Shown in pieces: positions 9,049-20,381 of a stretch of 64,000 bases of DNA. Origin of the DNA: an uncultured Gemmatimonadales bacterium (GTDB taxonomy: Bacteria > Gemmatimonadota > Gemmatimonadetes > Longimicrobiales > RSA9); the NCBI GenBank assembly GCA_963741945.1, contig CAVUKA010000003.1, positions 160,001-224,000 of the forward strand. Reading direction: 5' to 3'. Both the position numbers and the translations under genes were made by a program. Under the pieces are notes generated by a model, which had not been told where the DNA came from, searched no databases, and worked only from the letters and a program-made list of their open reading frames with translations. Numbering within the stretch: the first letter of the stretch is position 1; each line of letters starts with the position of its first letter.

Positions 9049-10353
9049 ATGATCCGCGTGCGCACTCTAGCTTTCCCCGCCGCTCTTTTCATCACCATCC
9101 TGGGCCGGCCGGGTGCCGCCCAGGCGCCCGGGCAGTCGTTGGACCGCGTCGTCGCCGGTAGAGTGGACGAGATCACTGCGATCCGCCACCGCATCCACCA
9201 GAACCCCGAGCTTTCCAATCGCGAGACGGAGACGGCCGCGCTGGTGGCCTCGGAGCTCAGGAAGCTCGACTTCGATGAAGTCCGGACTGGCATCGCTCAC
9301 ACGGGCGTGGTGGGAGTGCTGCGTGGAGGGAAGCCGGGCCCGGTATTGGCGATCAGGGCGGACATGGACGCGCTACCGGTGACCGAGACCAGTGCGCTGC
9401 CGTACGCGTCGAAAGTGCGAGCGGTCTTCGGTGACCAGCAAGTAGGCGTCATGCACGCCTGTGGTCACGACATTCATACATCGGTCGGCCTGGGGACGGC
9501 CGCGGTGCTTTCCGACATGAAAGCCGAGCTGCCCGGGACGGTGATCTTCGTCTTCCAGCCCGCGGAAGAGGGCGCGCCCGAAGGAGAGGAAGGCGGCGCA
9601 CCCCTGATGCTGAAGGAAGCCGTTTTCGGCGACATGCACCCGGAAGCGATGTTCGCGCTTCATAGCATGCCGGAGCTGGAGGTGGGCGAGCTGGCGTATA
9701 CGTCAGGCCCGGCCATGGCCGCCGCGGACACGTGGCGCGCGGTGATCCACGGCAGGCAGGCCCACGGCGCTCGGCCCTCCGAGTCCATCGACCCCATCGT
9801 CATGGCGTCCCAGGCCGTGCTCGCCCTGCAGACCATCCGCTCGCGCAGTATGCCCTCCATCGCCCCGGGTGTGGTCACCGTGGGGGTGCTTCGCGGCGGC
9901 GAGCGACACAACATCATCCCTGCCGAGGTCCGCCTCGAGGGCACGGTTCGAACATTCGATCCGACCGTCCAGGACATGGTCGAGCGGCGCATGCGCGAAA
10001 TTTTCGATGGGATCACCCGGGCGGGCGGGGGAAGCTTCGAGCTCACGTACGATCGGGGCGTGCCCGTCCTGGTGAACGATCCCGACCTCGCCGCCCGCTC
10101 GGCCGGGATTCTGGCCAGCACGTTCGGTGACGCGCACATGCACGTGGCCCCGCTCACTACGGCCGCCGAGGACTTCGCCTATTTCGCCCGCGAGATCCCT
10201 TCCTTCTATTTCCGGCTCGGGACCACACGGCCCGGCACCACGTCCGGCGGCCTGCACACGCCCACGTTCCTGGGCGATGATGCGGCCATCCCGGTGGGGA
10301 TCCGCGCCATGACGACCCTCGTCCTGCAGTACGCCCGGAGTCACCCGCGTTGA
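9049..10353 (+). CDS. M20D-family amidohydrolase with predicted signal peptide
   Basis: HQNPELS, RADMDALP, MHACGHD, FQPAEE, EDF, LH. SD GGAGG before ATG 9049; N-terminus ends ...GAA-Q. Confidence 0.9.
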   Translation: MIRVRTLAFPAALFITILGRPGAAQAPGQSLDRVVAGRVDEITAIRHRIHQNPELSNRETETAALVASELRKLDFDEVRTGIAHTGVVGVLRGGKPGPVLAIRADMDALPVTETSALPYASKVRAVFGDQQVGVMHACGHDIHTSVGLGTAAVLSDMKAELPGTVIFVFQPAEEGAPEGEEGGAPLMLKEAVFGDMHPEAMFALHSMPELEVGELAYTSGPAMAAADTWRAVIHGRQAHGARPSESIDPIVMASQAVLALQTIRSRSMPSIAPGVVTVGVLRGGERHNIIPAEVRLEGTVRTFDPTVQDMVERRMREIFDGITRAGGGSFELTYDRGVPVLVNDPDLAARSAGILASTFGDAHMHVAPLTTAAEDFAYFAREIPSFYFRLGTTRPGTTSGGLHTPTFLGDDAAIPVGIRAMTTLVLQYARSHPR

Positions 10354-11330
10354 GATACCTGGTCACGGGCGGCACGGGGTTCATCGGCCACCGCCTGGTC
10401 CGGCAGCTGCGCGCGGCCGGACACGAGGTCGTGGCACTGGTCCGCGACATGGAGCGCGCCGCCGACCTCCGCGCGCTCGGCGCGGACCTGGTCCGCGGCG
10501 ACATCACCGATCCCACCTCCCTCCCCGCTCCGATGGTCGGAGCGGACGGCGTGTTCCACCTGGCCGCCTGGTATCACCTGGGGGCTCGGGACAGCAGCGC
10601 CGCCTACCGGATCAACGTGGAGGGAACGCGCAATGTGCTCGATGCCGCCGGCGCGGCCGCCGTCCCCAAGGTGGTCTATACGAGCACCATCGCTGTCTTT
10701 GGAGACACGCACGGGCAGGTGGTGGACGAGGACTATCGGATGGAAGGCCCGTGGCTCAGCGAATACGACCGGACCAAGTGGCTCGCCCACTACCAGGTGG
10801 CGCTCCCCGCCGCCGAGGCCGGACTGCCCCTGGTCATCGTGCAGCCCGGGATCGTCTACGGCCCTGGTGACCACAGCCAGGTCGGGAGCGTGCTTCGGGA
10901 CTACCTGCGCCGCCGCCTTCCCGTGATCCCCCCCCAGGGTGGCTGCTGGAGCCACGTCGGGGACTCCGCGGCCGGCCACGTCCTGGCGATGGAGCGCGGT
11001 CGCCCCGGCCGCGCCTACGTCCTCGCGGGTCCGTGCATGATGTGGAAGGACGTGCTCTCGCTCGCCGAGGAGATCACCGGCATCCCCGCGCCCCGCATCA
11101 CGCTGCCGCCGTGGGCCGCGCGCGCGGCTTCCTGGGCCATGAAGCCAGTGGCGGCGATCGTCCCCGTGCCGGAGACGTATCATCCCGAAACGCTGCGCGT
11201 GGGCGCCGGCAGCACGTACTTCGCCGACGACACGCGGGCTCGCCGCGAGATCGGCTGGGCGCCCCGCCCCGTCCGCGATGGCCTTCGGACCACGCTCGAG
11301 CGCGAGCAGGCGGCGCTGGAAGGAACGTGA
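10350..11330 (+). CDS. NAD-dependent epimerase/dehydratase (extended SDR, dihydroflavonol reductase/HpnA-like)
   Basis: TGGTGFIG, FHLAA, YTST, YDRTK catalytic motif, YGPGD. TTG start overlaps the upstream stop. Confidence 0.9.
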   Translation: MRYLVTGGTGFIGHRLVRQLRAAGHEVVALVRDMERAADLRALGADLVRGDITDPTSLPAPMVGADGVFHLAAWYHLGARDSSAAYRINVEGTRNVLDAAGAAAVPKVVYTSTIAVFGDTHGQVVDEDYRMEGPWLSEYDRTKWLAHYQVALPAAEAGLPLVIVQPGIVYGPGDHSQVGSVLRDYLRRRLPVIPPQGGCWSHVGDSAAGHVLAMERGRPGRAYVLAGPCMMWKDVLSLAEEITGIPAPRITLPPWAARAASWAMKPVAAIVPVPETYHPETLRVGAGSTYFADDTRARREIGWAPRPVRDGLRTTLEREQAALEGT

Positions 11331-11411
11331 GGGCCCGTCGGGGCACGGCCGTTGCCCGCCGCTCGACCCTATGCTGGCGAACAGAACCGCGCCCGAACCA
11401 GGGAGACCTCC

Positions 11412-11924
11412 ATGCGCGCCCGTGAATCCGCGCCCATTCCGTTCCTGATGGCACTCACGTTGGTCCTCGGCGCCTGCGCCACTCTGGGCAATCTGATCCA
11501 GCCGCCCACGTTCAATGTGGCCGACCAGTCTCCATCGCAGCTGCGGCTCCTCGGCCCGTCCATCGAGCATCCGCTGGGCGGCGCGCAGCTCCGCGTCTGG
11601 GCGCGGGTGCGCAACCCCAACGCCGTGGGCTTCACGCTGACGCGACTGGTCGGGAACGTGGTCCTCGAGGACAGGCCGGCGGCCGATGTGGACCTCCCCA
11701 TGGGGCTGCCCCTCCAGGCCGTCAGTGACACCGTCATCCCGCTGGATCTGGCCATCAGCTTCGCCGACATTCCCAACCTCGCCCGGGAGATCGCGGCGGC
11801 CGTCACAGGGCAGCCCATCGCCTACGCGCTGCGCGGCACTGTCACCGTGGACGCCGGCCCGCTCGGTCAGCCGAGCTTCGGCCCCACCACTCTCCTCCAG
11901 GGCCACGTGACCGTGGTCCGCTGA
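11412..11924 (+). CDS. LEA type 2 / WHy-domain lipoprotein
   Basis: Lipobox VLGAC, VRNPN motif, Y.L.G.V C-terminal strands. SD GGAG before ATG 11412. Confidence 0.8.
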   Translation: MRARESAPIPFLMALTLVLGACATLGNLIQPPTFNVADQSPSQLRLLGPSIEHPLGGAQLRVWARVRNPNAVGFTLTRLVGNVVLEDRPAADVDLPMGLPLQAVSDTVIPLDLAISFADIPNLAREIAAAVTGQPIAYALRGTVTVDAGPLGQPSFGPTTLLQGHVTVVR

Positions 11925-11976
11925 TGCTCGGCGGCGAGGCCGAACAACGGGAGGAAGTACTTCGACTGCTGTACGG

Positions 11977-12807
11977 CTACTCCTTCAGGCGCTGCACGAT
12001 CTCGTATGCGCGGTTCCGTGGCACGCCGAGCCGACGCGCCACTTCCTGCGCCACCACGCTCGGCCTGCCCCCATCCTCCAGCATCGCACGCGCCAGTGCG
12101 GACGCCGCCTCCTCGTCCACCGCCGCCGCCACGGCAGTCCCGCCTTCGACCACCACCACCACCTCGCCGCGCACCCCCGACTCACGGTAGTGCGCCGCGA
12201 CTTCCGCCACCGGGCCCCGGATCTGCTCTTCGTGCACTTTCGTGAGCTCGCGGCCTACCATCACCCGCCGATCCGGACCCATCCGCTCCGCCAGCGCGTC
12301 CAGTAGCTTCACCAGCCGGGCCGGGCTCTCGTACAGCACTGCCGTGTGGCGCAGCACCGCCAGCTCATCCAGCCGCTCCGCCCGCTCCCGACCGCTGCGC
12401 GGCAGAAAGCCGTAGAACGTGAATGGCTCCGCCGGCAGCCCCGATACCACCAGCGCGGCGAGAACGGCTGATGCGCCGGGGACCGGCACCGCCTCATGCC
12501 CGCTTTCCGTCACGGCCGCCACAAGCCGGGAACCCGGATCCGAGATCAGCGGTGTCCCGGCGTCCGAGACGAGCGCGAGGTTCTCCCCGGCCGAAAGCCA
12601 TCCGAGCACCTGCCGCGCCCGGGCGGCTTCGTTGTGTTCGTGCAGTGAGACCAGCGGCGTATCGATCCCATGCTCCACGCACAGGATCCCGGTGTGGCGG
12701 GTGTCCTCCGCCAGGATCCGGTCCACGGACCGCAGGACGTCCAGTGCTCGCAGCGTCACATCGGCGAGGTGACCGATCGGTGTACTGACGATATAGAGGA
12801 TAGACAT
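11977..12807 (-). CDS. rsmI: 16S rRNA (cytidine1402-2'-O)-methyltransferase
   Basis: LYIVSTPIG, AEDTR, VSDAGTPLISDPG, YESP.R, RELTK.HE. Confidence 0.95.
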   Translation of the reverse strand: MSILYIVSTPIGHLADVTLRALDVLRSVDRILAEDTRHTGILCVEHGIDTPLVSLHEHNEAARARQVLGWLSAGENLALVSDAGTPLISDPGSRLVAAVTESGHEAVPVPGASAVLAALVVSGLPAEPFTFYGFLPRSGRERAERLDELAVLRHTAVLYESPARLVKLLDALAERMGPDRRVMVGRELTKVHEEQIRGPVAEVAAHYRESGVRGEVVVVVEGGTAVAAAVDEEAASALARAMLEDGGRPSVVAQEVARRLGVPRNRAYEIVQRLKE

Positions 12808-12911
12808 ATGTGTCTGGGGACCGCGGGTGCACCGGCTGCCATGAACGCGACCGGGGCAGGAGCCTCTGCTCCCGCCCCGCTCTTTCCCGCGACCTGCGCG
12901 CGCCTGGCGCG

Positions 12912-13250
<339 letters not shown>

Positions 13251-13391
13251 CCCGCTACCTCCATTCACGCCCGCCGCGCTCCCGCCACGGACGAGCCTCA
13301 TGTTCGCTCTCGTTTGCGTCAATGACCCGCAATATCCCGGCCGATCGTCGCGCGACCAGCCGGATCGCACGACTCCCGCTTCGGTGACTCG

Positions 13392-13832
13392 TCAGCCGCC
13401 GCCGGTGATCTGCTCCACGTCGATCTTCTCGATGATCCAGCCGCCGCTGGCCGTGCGGACCACCAGGTGGGGCACGGTCACGGTCCGTTCGCCTTTCCGG
13501 AGCTGGACCATCAGCTCGGTGGCGTCCTCCGATCGGCCGGGAACGGTGCGCCGCCCCCGGATGGAGAAGTCGTCGTGCCGCAGCAGGGAGGCGAGCAGAT
13601 ACATGCGTCGCTCGGCCTGCTCCCGCCCGTCCAGCTGGATGATGTTCTTCTGCGGCGTCCCGAACAGCTCCGCCATCGTCTTCAGGTCGTTGACGTTGGC
13701 GGCCTGGAGAAAACGCTCCACCACGAGCCCCGGACCGGGCGCTTCGGCCGCCGGCTGACCGGGCACCTTGCGCGCGCATGCGGCCACGGCGATCCCCAAC
13801 ACGACGATTCCGATCACCCGCATGCTTCGCAT
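13392..13832 (-). CDS. Hypothetical lipoprotein (NTF2-like features)
   Basis: Lipobox VAAC; VERFLQA...D...M..LF helix and C-terminal GGWII strand. Confidence 0.7.
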   Translation of the reverse strand: MRSMRVIGIVVLGIAVAACARKVPGQPAAEAPGPGLVVERFLQAANVNDLKTMAELFGTPQKNIIQLDGREQAERRMYLLASLLRHDDFSIRGRRTVPGRSEDATELMVQLRKGERTVTVPHLVVRTASGGWIIEKIDVEQITGGG

Positions 13833-13885
13833 CACTTCCCTTTCATTCCGGGGTTGCCGGAACGTGATCGCGGGACCGGACGGTG

Positions 13886-16510
13886 TCAAGCGACTCCGTC
13901 CTCGGCGCCCGGCGCGGGGCGGGACACGACGAACTCGAGGCGATCGCCCCCCGGCGCCACGTCCCCCCGAACCGTGGCGCCATCGGGGATGTCCTCCTCC
14001 AGGAGACGCAGCGCCAGCGGGTTCTGCACCAGCCGCTGCACGGCACGCTTCAGTGGACGCGCGCCGAACGCCGGATCGTACCCGTCCCTGGCCACCAGCG
14101 CCTTCGCGGCATCGCTGAGCTCCAGCGAGATGTGCCGCTCCGCCAGCAGCTGCTCCACGCGCCGGAGCTGGAGCTCGACGATGCGCGCCAGCTCCTCCTC
14201 GCCCAGTGGGCGGAAGACGATCACGTCGTCCACGCGGTTCAGGAACTCCGGCCGGAAATCCCGGCGCAGCTCGGCCATGACGTGCGCTTCGGTGCCACTC
14301 CAGTCCTCGCCCGAGTGCTCCAGGATGTAATGACTCCCCAGGTTCGAAGTCATGATCACGACCACGTTGCGGAAGTCCACCGTTCGACCCTGGCTGTCCG
14401 TCAGCCGCCCATCGTCCAGGATCTGGAGCAGCACGTTGAACACGTCCGGGTGCGCCTTCTCGATCTCGTCGAAAAGCACCACGCTGTACGGACGACGCCG
14501 CACCTGCTCCGTGAGCTGCCCCCCTTCCTCGTAGCCCACATAGCCGGGGGGCGCACCGATGAGCCGCGCCACGGCATGCTTCTCCATGTACTCGGACATG
14601 TCGATCCGGACCATGGCATCCTCGTCGTCGAACAGGAACTCCGCGAGCGCCCGGGCCGTTTCAGTCTTCCCCACCCCCGTGGGCCCGAGAAAGATGAAAC
14701 TGCCGATCGGGCGGTCCGGGTCCTGTAACCCTGCCCGGCTCCGCCGAACGGCGTCCGACACGGCCCGGAGCGCGGGCGCCTGGCCCACCACACGCGCGCC
14801 CAGGAGCGTCTCGAGCTGCCGTAGCCGCTGTCGCTCGGTCTCCATCATCCGGCTCACGGGGATCCCCGTCCAGCGCGATACCACCCCGGCGATGTCCTCC
14901 GCGTCCACCTCCTCCTTCAGGAACTGGTTCTCGGACTGCAGCGCCTCCAGCCGCGATTCCGCCTCGTCGAGCTCCCGCTGCGCCTGCGGGATCTCACCGT
15001 ACTGGATCTCGGCGGCCCGGCTCAGGTCGCCCGTGCGCGTGGCCCGCTCCGCTTCCACCCTGAGCTCGTCGATCCGCTCCTTCAGCGCCCGGATCCGCGC
15101 GATCCGGTCCTTCTCGCCCTGCCACTGCGCCTTCATGCCGCTCGCCTCCTCCCGCAGCTCGGCGAGCTCGTGCCCGATGGCTTCACGACGCTGGACCGCT
15201 TCGCGGTCCTCCTCCCGGCTCATCGCCTGCTTCTCGATCTCGAGCTGCGTGATCCGCCGCTCCACTTCATCGATCTCCTGCGGCAGACTGTCGATCTCGA
15301 TGCGCAGTCGGCTCGCCGCCTCGTCCACCAGGTCGATGGCCTTGTCCGGCAGGAATCGCCCCCCGATGTAGCGGTCGCTCAGCCGAGCCGCGGCGATCAG
15401 CGCGGCGTCCGTGATCCGGACGCCATGGTGCACTTCGTAGCGCTCGTTCAACCCCCGCAGGATGGCGATCGTGTCCTCCACGCTCGGCTCGCCCACGTAC
15501 ACCGGCTGGAACCGCCGCTCCAGCGCCGCGTCCTTTTCGATGTGCTTGCGGTACTCGTCCAGCGTGGTGGCCCCCACGACGTGGAGTTCGCCCCGGGCCA
15601 GCGGCGGCTTGATCATGTTGCCGGCGTCCACCGCTCCTTCCGCGCCGCCGGCACCCACCAGCGTATGGAGCTCATCGATGAAGACCACGAAGCGCCCTTC
15701 CGCTTCCGTCAGCTCCTTCAGCACCGCCTTGAACCGCTCCTCGAACTCGCCGCGGTACTTGGCACCGGCCACCATGGCGCTGATGTCCAGCTGCAGCAGC
15801 GCCTTCTCCTTCAGGCTCTCCGGGACATCCCCGCTCACCATCCGCTGGGCCAGTCCTTCCACGATCGCCGTCTTGCCGACGCCGGGCTCGCCGATGAGGA
15901 CGGGGTTGTTCTTCGTACGCCGGCTCAGCACCTGGATCACCCGGCGGATCTCTTCATCCCGACCGATCACCGGATCCAGTTTCCCCTGCCGCGCCAGTGC
16001 CGTCAGATCCCGGCTGAACCGCTCCAGCGCCCGGTACTTCTGCTCCGGCTCCTGGTCCGTCACGCGGTGCGGACCGCGAACGGACTCCAACGCTCGCCCG
16101 AGCGCCTCGTGTGTCGCACCCTCACCCTCCAGGAGCTCCTTCGCCGTGCTTCCCTTCTGCGCGGACAGCGCCAGCAGCAGGTGCTCGGTCGAGACATACT
16201 CGTCACCAAGAGTCCGGGCCTCCTCCTCCGAGCGGTCCAGAACCTGGTTCAGCTCACGGCTCACAGTGGGACGCACACTTCCGGTCTGTTTCGGAAGCCG
16301 CTCCAGCGCCCCCGCCAGCCGCTCGCGCGTCCGCGCCACGTTCAGTCCCACCTTGTGGAGGATCGGCACCACCACCGTCTCCTCCTGCTCCAACAGCGCG
16401 CTCAGCAGGTGAACGTCCTCCAGCGTCGGGTTTCCGCGACGCTGCGCGTCCGATGACGCCGCCTGGATCGCCTCTCCCGCCTTTATCGTCAGTCGATCTG
16501 AATTCAGCAT
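13886..16510 (-). CDS. clpB: ATP-dependent chaperone ClpB
   Basis: Two AAA+ modules ([16 protein letters not shown]), KYRGEFEER, long coiled-coil middle domain, [16 protein letters not shown]. Start ATG 16510. Confidence 0.97.
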   Translation of the reverse strand: MLNSDRLTIKAGEAIQAASSDAQRRGNPTLEDVHLLSALLEQEETVVVPILHKVGLNVARTRERLAGALERLPKQTGSVRPTVSRELNQVLDRSEEEARTLGDEYVSTEHLLLALSAQKGSTAKELLEGEGATHEALGRALESVRGPHRVTDQEPEQKYRALERFSRDLTALARQGKLDPVIGRDEEIRRVIQVLSRRTKNNPVLIGEPGVGKTAIVEGLAQRMVSGDVPESLKEKALLQLDISAMVAGAKYRGEFEERFKAVLKELTEAEGRFVVFIDELHTLVGAGGAEGAVDAGNMIKPPLARGELHVVGATTLDEYRKHIEKDAALERRFQPVYVGEPSVEDTIAILRGLNERYEVHHGVRITDAALIAAARLSDRYIGGRFLPDKAIDLVDEAASRLRIEIDSLPQEIDEVERRITQLEIEKQAMSREEDREAVQRREAIGHELAELREEASGMKAQWQGEKDRIARIRALKERIDELRVEAERATRTGDLSRAAEIQYGEIPQAQRELDEAESRLEALQSENQFLKEEVDAEDIAGVVSRWTGIPVSRMMETERQRLRQLETLLGARVVGQAPALRAVSDAVRRSRAGLQDPDRPIGSFIFLGPTGVGKTETARALAEFLFDDEDAMVRIDMSEYMEKHAVARLIGAPPGYVGYEEGGQLTEQVRRRPYSVVLFDEIEKAHPDVFNVLLQILDDGRLTDSQGRTVDFRNVVVIMTSNLGSHYILEHSGEDWSGTEAHVMAELRRDFRPEFLNRVDDVIVFRPLGEEELARIVELQLRRVEQLLAERHISLELSDAAKALVARDGYDPAFGARPLKRAVQRLVQNPLALRLLEEDIPDGATVRGDVAPGGDRLEFVVSRPAPGAEDGVA

Positions 16511-16772
16511 TCCGTCCCCACTGAACCGCAAGGTGCGCCGGCGCGCGGACCGGATCCCCCGATGGCGCAGCGGCAGTTTCGCTTCTCTCTGCTCCGGTAC
16601 ACAACGCGTGCCGCCTGGCGCTGCCGATACGGCAGAGCCCTGGCGGCGCAGAGATGGCCCGAGCGCCGCCCCGTCGCCGACCGGTCGTGCCGGCTGTGCT
16701 GAAGCCGCCGCATCGGTATCTTGTCTCGGGCAGGTTTCGAGCGCACTGCGGTGGAGCCATGAGCGAGAAAGC

Positions 16773-17303
16773 GTGAGACGGCGAGTTCGAGGGAACCGGG
16801 CGCTTCCGACGGCTGGCTGGGCCGCGGGGCTGCTTTGCATCCTGGCAATGTCCGGTTGCCACGGCGGCGAAGCGGGGACGTCCGCCACCCGACTGGACCC
16901 ATCGGAGTTCGTGGACATCATGGTAGAGCTGCGCGCGGCCGAGCGTGCGCTCCAGCCATCCGACAGCACCGTCGCGACGTTCGAGGAGCGGAAGCAGGAG
17001 ATCCTGTCCCGGCACCACGTCACGGAAGCCGATGTGCGCCGGTTCATGGAAGTGCACGCGGGTGATCTTCAGCTGATGGCCGAGGTCTGGGACTCCATCA
17101 CGCAGCAGCTCCGGTATGCGCGGGGGGATTCCGCGGCTGTGGGCCCGCTGAGCGCACCGGCCCCCTCCGGCCGGACGCAGACCGGCCCACCGCCCCGGCC
17201 GGACAGTGTCTCCCCGGATTCCACCCCCGTATCGCCATCAGGCCAGGCGCGGCGCAGAACGGGCTCTGTACCGGCAGGACGGGTACGGACGTTGCACCAG
17301 TGA
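16773..17303 (+). CDS. Lipoprotein, DUF4296-like, with Pro-rich tail
   Basis: Arg-rich N-terminus plus lipobox MSGC; helical core (EFVDIMVEL...[10 protein letters not shown]...F...VWDSI). GTG start uncertain. Confidence 0.65.
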   Translation: MRRRVRGNRALPTAGWAAGLLCILAMSGCHGGEAGTSATRLDPSEFVDIMVELRAAERALQPSDSTVATFEERKQEILSRHHVTEADVRRFMEVHAGDLQLMAEVWDSITQQLRYARGDSAAVGPLSAPAPSGRTQTGPPPRPDSVSPDSTPVSPSGQARRRTGSVPAGRVRTLHQ

Positions 17304-17346
17304 ACCTCTCGGGAAACGCAACGGAAGCGCGACCGAGGGAACCATC

Positions 17347-17559
17347 GTGCTGGAACACAAGGAAGGGAGCTGCACGGGAAACTGGCGCCTCACCGGCAGC
17401 GGTGAGAGCCGCATGATCGTATGCGACCGCTGCCGCGCGGAGTTCCACCCCACGCCGGAGAACCGGTTGGCGGCCATTGATGAGAACTACGCGGGCATCT
17501 ACCTCCGGCGCCTCACGGCGGAGGGAGGGACCCAGCGAGGCGACCGCGACGTGGCCTGA
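17347..17559 (+). CDS. Small 70-aa hypothetical protein, possible zinc ribbon
   Basis: GAGGGA SD then GTG; H-x4-C-x16-CDRC; GC-rich third codon positions. Confidence 0.6.
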   Translation: MLEHKEGSCTGNWRLTGSGESRMIVCDRCRAEFHPTPENRLAAIDENYAGIYLRRLTAEGGTQRGDRDVA

Positions 17560-17565
17560 CCGGCC

Positions 17566-19116
17566 TCACTCCCACTCGATCGTGGCCGGAGGCTTCGAAC
17601 TGACGTCGTAGGTCACCCGGTTCACGCCCGCCACCTCGTTGATGATGCGGTTCGAGATCCGTCCGAGCACGTCGGGAGGGAACGGGAACCAGTCCGCGGT
17701 CATGCCATCGCGGCTCGTCACCGCCCTGAGCGCGATGACGTGGTCATACGTCCGGTAGTCGCCCATCACTCCCACGCTCCGTACCGGCAGCAGCACCGCG
17801 AACGCCTGCCAGATGTCGTCATAGAGGTCGGCGGCCCGGATCTCCTCCAGGTAGACGGCGTCCGCCTCCCGCAGGACCGCGAGGCGCTCCCGCGTGATCT
17901 CGCCCAGGATCCGGACCGCCAGCCCCGGACCGGGGAAGGGATGCCGGCCCACCAGCTCCTCCGGCAACCCCAGCTCACGCCCCACGTTCCGCACTTCGTC
18001 CTTGAACAGCTCCCGCAGCGGCTCGATCAGCTCCAGGTTCATGTCCTTCGGCAGCCCGCCCACATTGTGGTGCGTCTTGATCACGGCCGACGGGCCCCGC
18101 ACGGACTGGGATTCGATGACATCCGGGTAGAGCGTCCCCTGAACCAGGTAGCGTGCGCTCCGACCCAGGTCTGCCGCCGCTCTCTCGAACACCCGGATGA
18201 AGCGCTCCCCGATCACCCGGCGCTTTGCCTCCGGGTCGGTCACACCGTCCAGTCGCCCCAGGAACTCGTCCGATGCGTCCACCACCTCCAGGCGGATGCC
18301 GAGGTGACGGCGGAACGTGCGCTCCACGCCATCCCGCTCCCCTTTCCGGAGCAGTCCCGTGTCCACGAAAATCGCCGTCAGCTGATCGCCGATCGCCCTG
18401 TGCACCAGCGCAGCCGCCACGGAGGAGTCCACCCCGCCGGAGAGACCGCAGATCACGGTCGCCGAGCCGACCTGCTCGCGGATGCCGTCCACGTGGGTGT
18501 CGATGAACGAACCCGGCGTCCAGGTCGGCTCGCAGTCGCAGATCCGGAACAGGAAGTTCGAGAGGATCTGGTCGCCGCGCGGCGTGTGTGCCACCTCCGG
18601 GTGGAACTGGACGCCATACAGCTGCCGCGACGCGGACCGGAACGCGGCCACCGGGAGCGACTCCGTGGTCCCCGTGGTCTCGTATCCTGAAGGCGGCTCG
18701 TCCACGTGATCCCCGTGGCTCATCCAGACCGTGATCCGCTCGTCGGGATCGAAGCCGTGGAACAGTCCCGTGCTCTCCAGGATCCGCATCTCGGCCCGGC
18801 CGTATTCCCGCCGCCCCGGCTGGACCCGGGCGCCGTGGGCCTGCGCCACGAGCTGCATCCCGTAGCAGATGCCGAGCACGGGCACCCCCAGCTCGAGCAG
18901 GCCGGGATCGAGGCTGGGACCGGCGCTGTCGTACACGGACGCGGGGCCGCCCGAGAGGATGATTCCGCGCGGACGCCAGTCCTTCACGTCGTTCAGCGAA
19001 AGCGTGGGCGGGTGAATCTCGCAGTATACGCGCTCCTCCCGGATCCGCCGGGCGATCAGCTGCGTGAACTGCGAGCCGTAGTCCAGGATCAGGATCCGGT
19101 TTTCGGTGCCATTCAT
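17566..19116 (-). CDS. guaA: GMP synthase (glutamine-hydrolysing)
   Basis: [42 protein letters not shown]. Confidence 0.98.
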   Translation of the reverse strand: MNGTENRILILDYGSQFTQLIARRIREERVYCEIHPPTLSLNDVKDWRPRGIILSGGPASVYDSAGPSLDPGLLELGVPVLGICYGMQLVAQAHGARVQPGRREYGRAEMRILESTGLFHGFDPDERITVWMSHGDHVDEPPSGYETTGTTESLPVAAFRSASRQLYGVQFHPEVAHTPRGDQILSNFLFRICDCEPTWTPGSFIDTHVDGIREQVGSATVICGLSGGVDSSVAAALVHRAIGDQLTAIFVDTGLLRKGERDGVERTFRRHLGIRLEVVDASDEFLGRLDGVTDPEAKRRVIGERFIRVFERAAADLGRSARYLVQGTLYPDVIESQSVRGPSAVIKTHHNVGGLPKDMNLELIEPLRELFKDEVRNVGRELGLPEELVGRHPFPGPGLAVRILGEITRERLAVLREADAVYLEEIRAADLYDDIWQAFAVLLPVRSVGVMGDYRTYDHVIALRAVTSRDGMTADWFPFPPDVLGRISNRIINEVAGVNRVTYDVSSKPPATIEWE

Positions 19117-20375
19117 TCGATCAGCAGGTTCTCCTCGCCTTGGATGAGGTCACGGTAGCTCTCTCGCTGCCGGATCAGCCGGGCCGCTCCGCCGTCCACC
19201 AGCACTTCCGCCGGCCGCGGACGCGCGTTGTACGTGGACGCCATGGAGAATCCGTACGCGCCCACGGTGTGGATCGCCAGCACCTCACCGGGCTCCGGCA
19301 CCGCCATGACGCGGTCCAGGGCGAGAAAGTCTCCAGACTCGCAGATCGGGCCCACCACGTCCACCCGCGCCTGCGGGCGCTCCGCCGCCCCGTCCACCCG
19401 CTGCACCCGGTGGAAGCTCGCGTAGTGGCTCGGCCGGAGCAGGTCGTTCATGCCGGCGTCCGTGATCACGAACGTCTTGCCGCCGCTCTGCTTAACGTAC
19501 AGCACCCGTGTCAGCAGCACCCCTGCGTGGCCGGTCACGTATCGCCCCGGCTCCAGGATCAGGCGCAGCTCACTCGTCGCGAGGTGAGGGACGATCCGAT
19601 CCGCGAACTCCGCCGGATCCGGGTCCTGCTCCTGGTCGTAGGCCACCCCGAATCCACCGCCGAGATCCAGCAGCTTCAGCCGGATGCCGTGGTGGGCCAG
19701 GTCGTCCACGAGATCCAGCAGGTGCAGCAGCGACTGACGGTATGGCTCCGGATCCAGGATCTGGCTGCCGATGTGGGCGTCGATCCCCACCGGATCGAGG
19801 CCGGGCAGCTCCGCCGCAATGCGGTAGAGTCGGCGGGCATCCTCGCTCGGGATCCCGAATTTCGTGCTGCGGTGACCCGTCCGCGTGTAGGCGTGCGGCG
19901 TCGGGCTCTCGATGTCCGGATTGATGCGCAGCGACACGGGCGCCGTACGGCCCATCGTCGCGGCCACGGAGGCCAGGAGATGCAGCTCCCCCTCGCTCTC
20001 CACGTTGAAGCACAGGATCCCGACGCCCAGCGCGGCCGCCAGCTCCGCTCGCGTCTTCCCTACCCCGCTGAACACGATGCGATCGGGCGGGATTCCCGCC
20101 CGCAGCGCACGCTGAAGCTCGCCACCGCTCACGATGTCCGCGCCGCATCCAGCCTGCCCCAGCAGCCGCAGGATCGACAGGTTTCCGTTCGCCTTCACGC
20201 TGTACGCGATCAGGCGGTCGAGCGGTCGGAACGCCGCGTCCAGCGCCGCCAGCCGATCGAGCATGCTCCTGCGGCTGTATACGTACAGCGGCGTTCCATG
20301 CTCCGCCGCCAGCTCGCCCAGCGGTACCTGCTCGCAATGGAGCCGGTGCTCGCGGAAAGTGAAGTTGCCGGGCAC
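19113..20375 (-). CDS. lysA: Diaminopimelate decarboxylase
   Basis: [32 protein letters not shown]. Confidence 0.96.
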   Translation of the reverse strand: MPGNFTFREHRLHCEQVPLGELAAEHGTPLYVYSRRSMLDRLAALDAAFRPLDRLIAYSVKANGNLSILRLLGQAGCGADIVSGGELQRALRAGIPPDRIVFSGVGKTRAELAAALGVGILCFNVESEGELHLLASVAATMGRTAPVSLRINPDIESPTPHAYTRTGHRSTKFGIPSEDARRLYRIAAELPGLDPVGIDAHIGSQILDPEPYRQSLLHLLDLVDDLAHHGIRLKLLDLGGGFGVAYDQEQDPDPAEFADRIVPHLATSELRLILEPGRYVTGHAGVLLTRVLYVKQSGGKTFVITDAGMNDLLRPSHYASFHRVQRVDGAAERPQARVDVVGPICESGDFLALDRVMAVPEPGEVLAIHTVGAYGFSMASTYNARPRPAEVLVDGGAARLIRQRESYRDLIQGEENLLIE

Positions 20376-20381
20376 CGCCCG

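Noticed and set aside
8100-9700. Impression of slightly more A/T at third codon positions (possible foreign DNA)
   Set aside because: Weak and unquantified by eye; no integrase, tRNA or boundary repeats
12852-12888. Hairpin between trxA and rsmI as a terminator
   Set aside because: A stem is present but has no U tract on the transcribed (minus) strand; function unsupported
16511-17047. Apparent N-terminal extension of ClpB (and similar extensions of accD, mreB, serS, rsmI and the aminotransferase in the ORF track)
   Set aside because: The track uses the first possible start; the extensions overlap real neighbouring genes or promoters and lack family similarity
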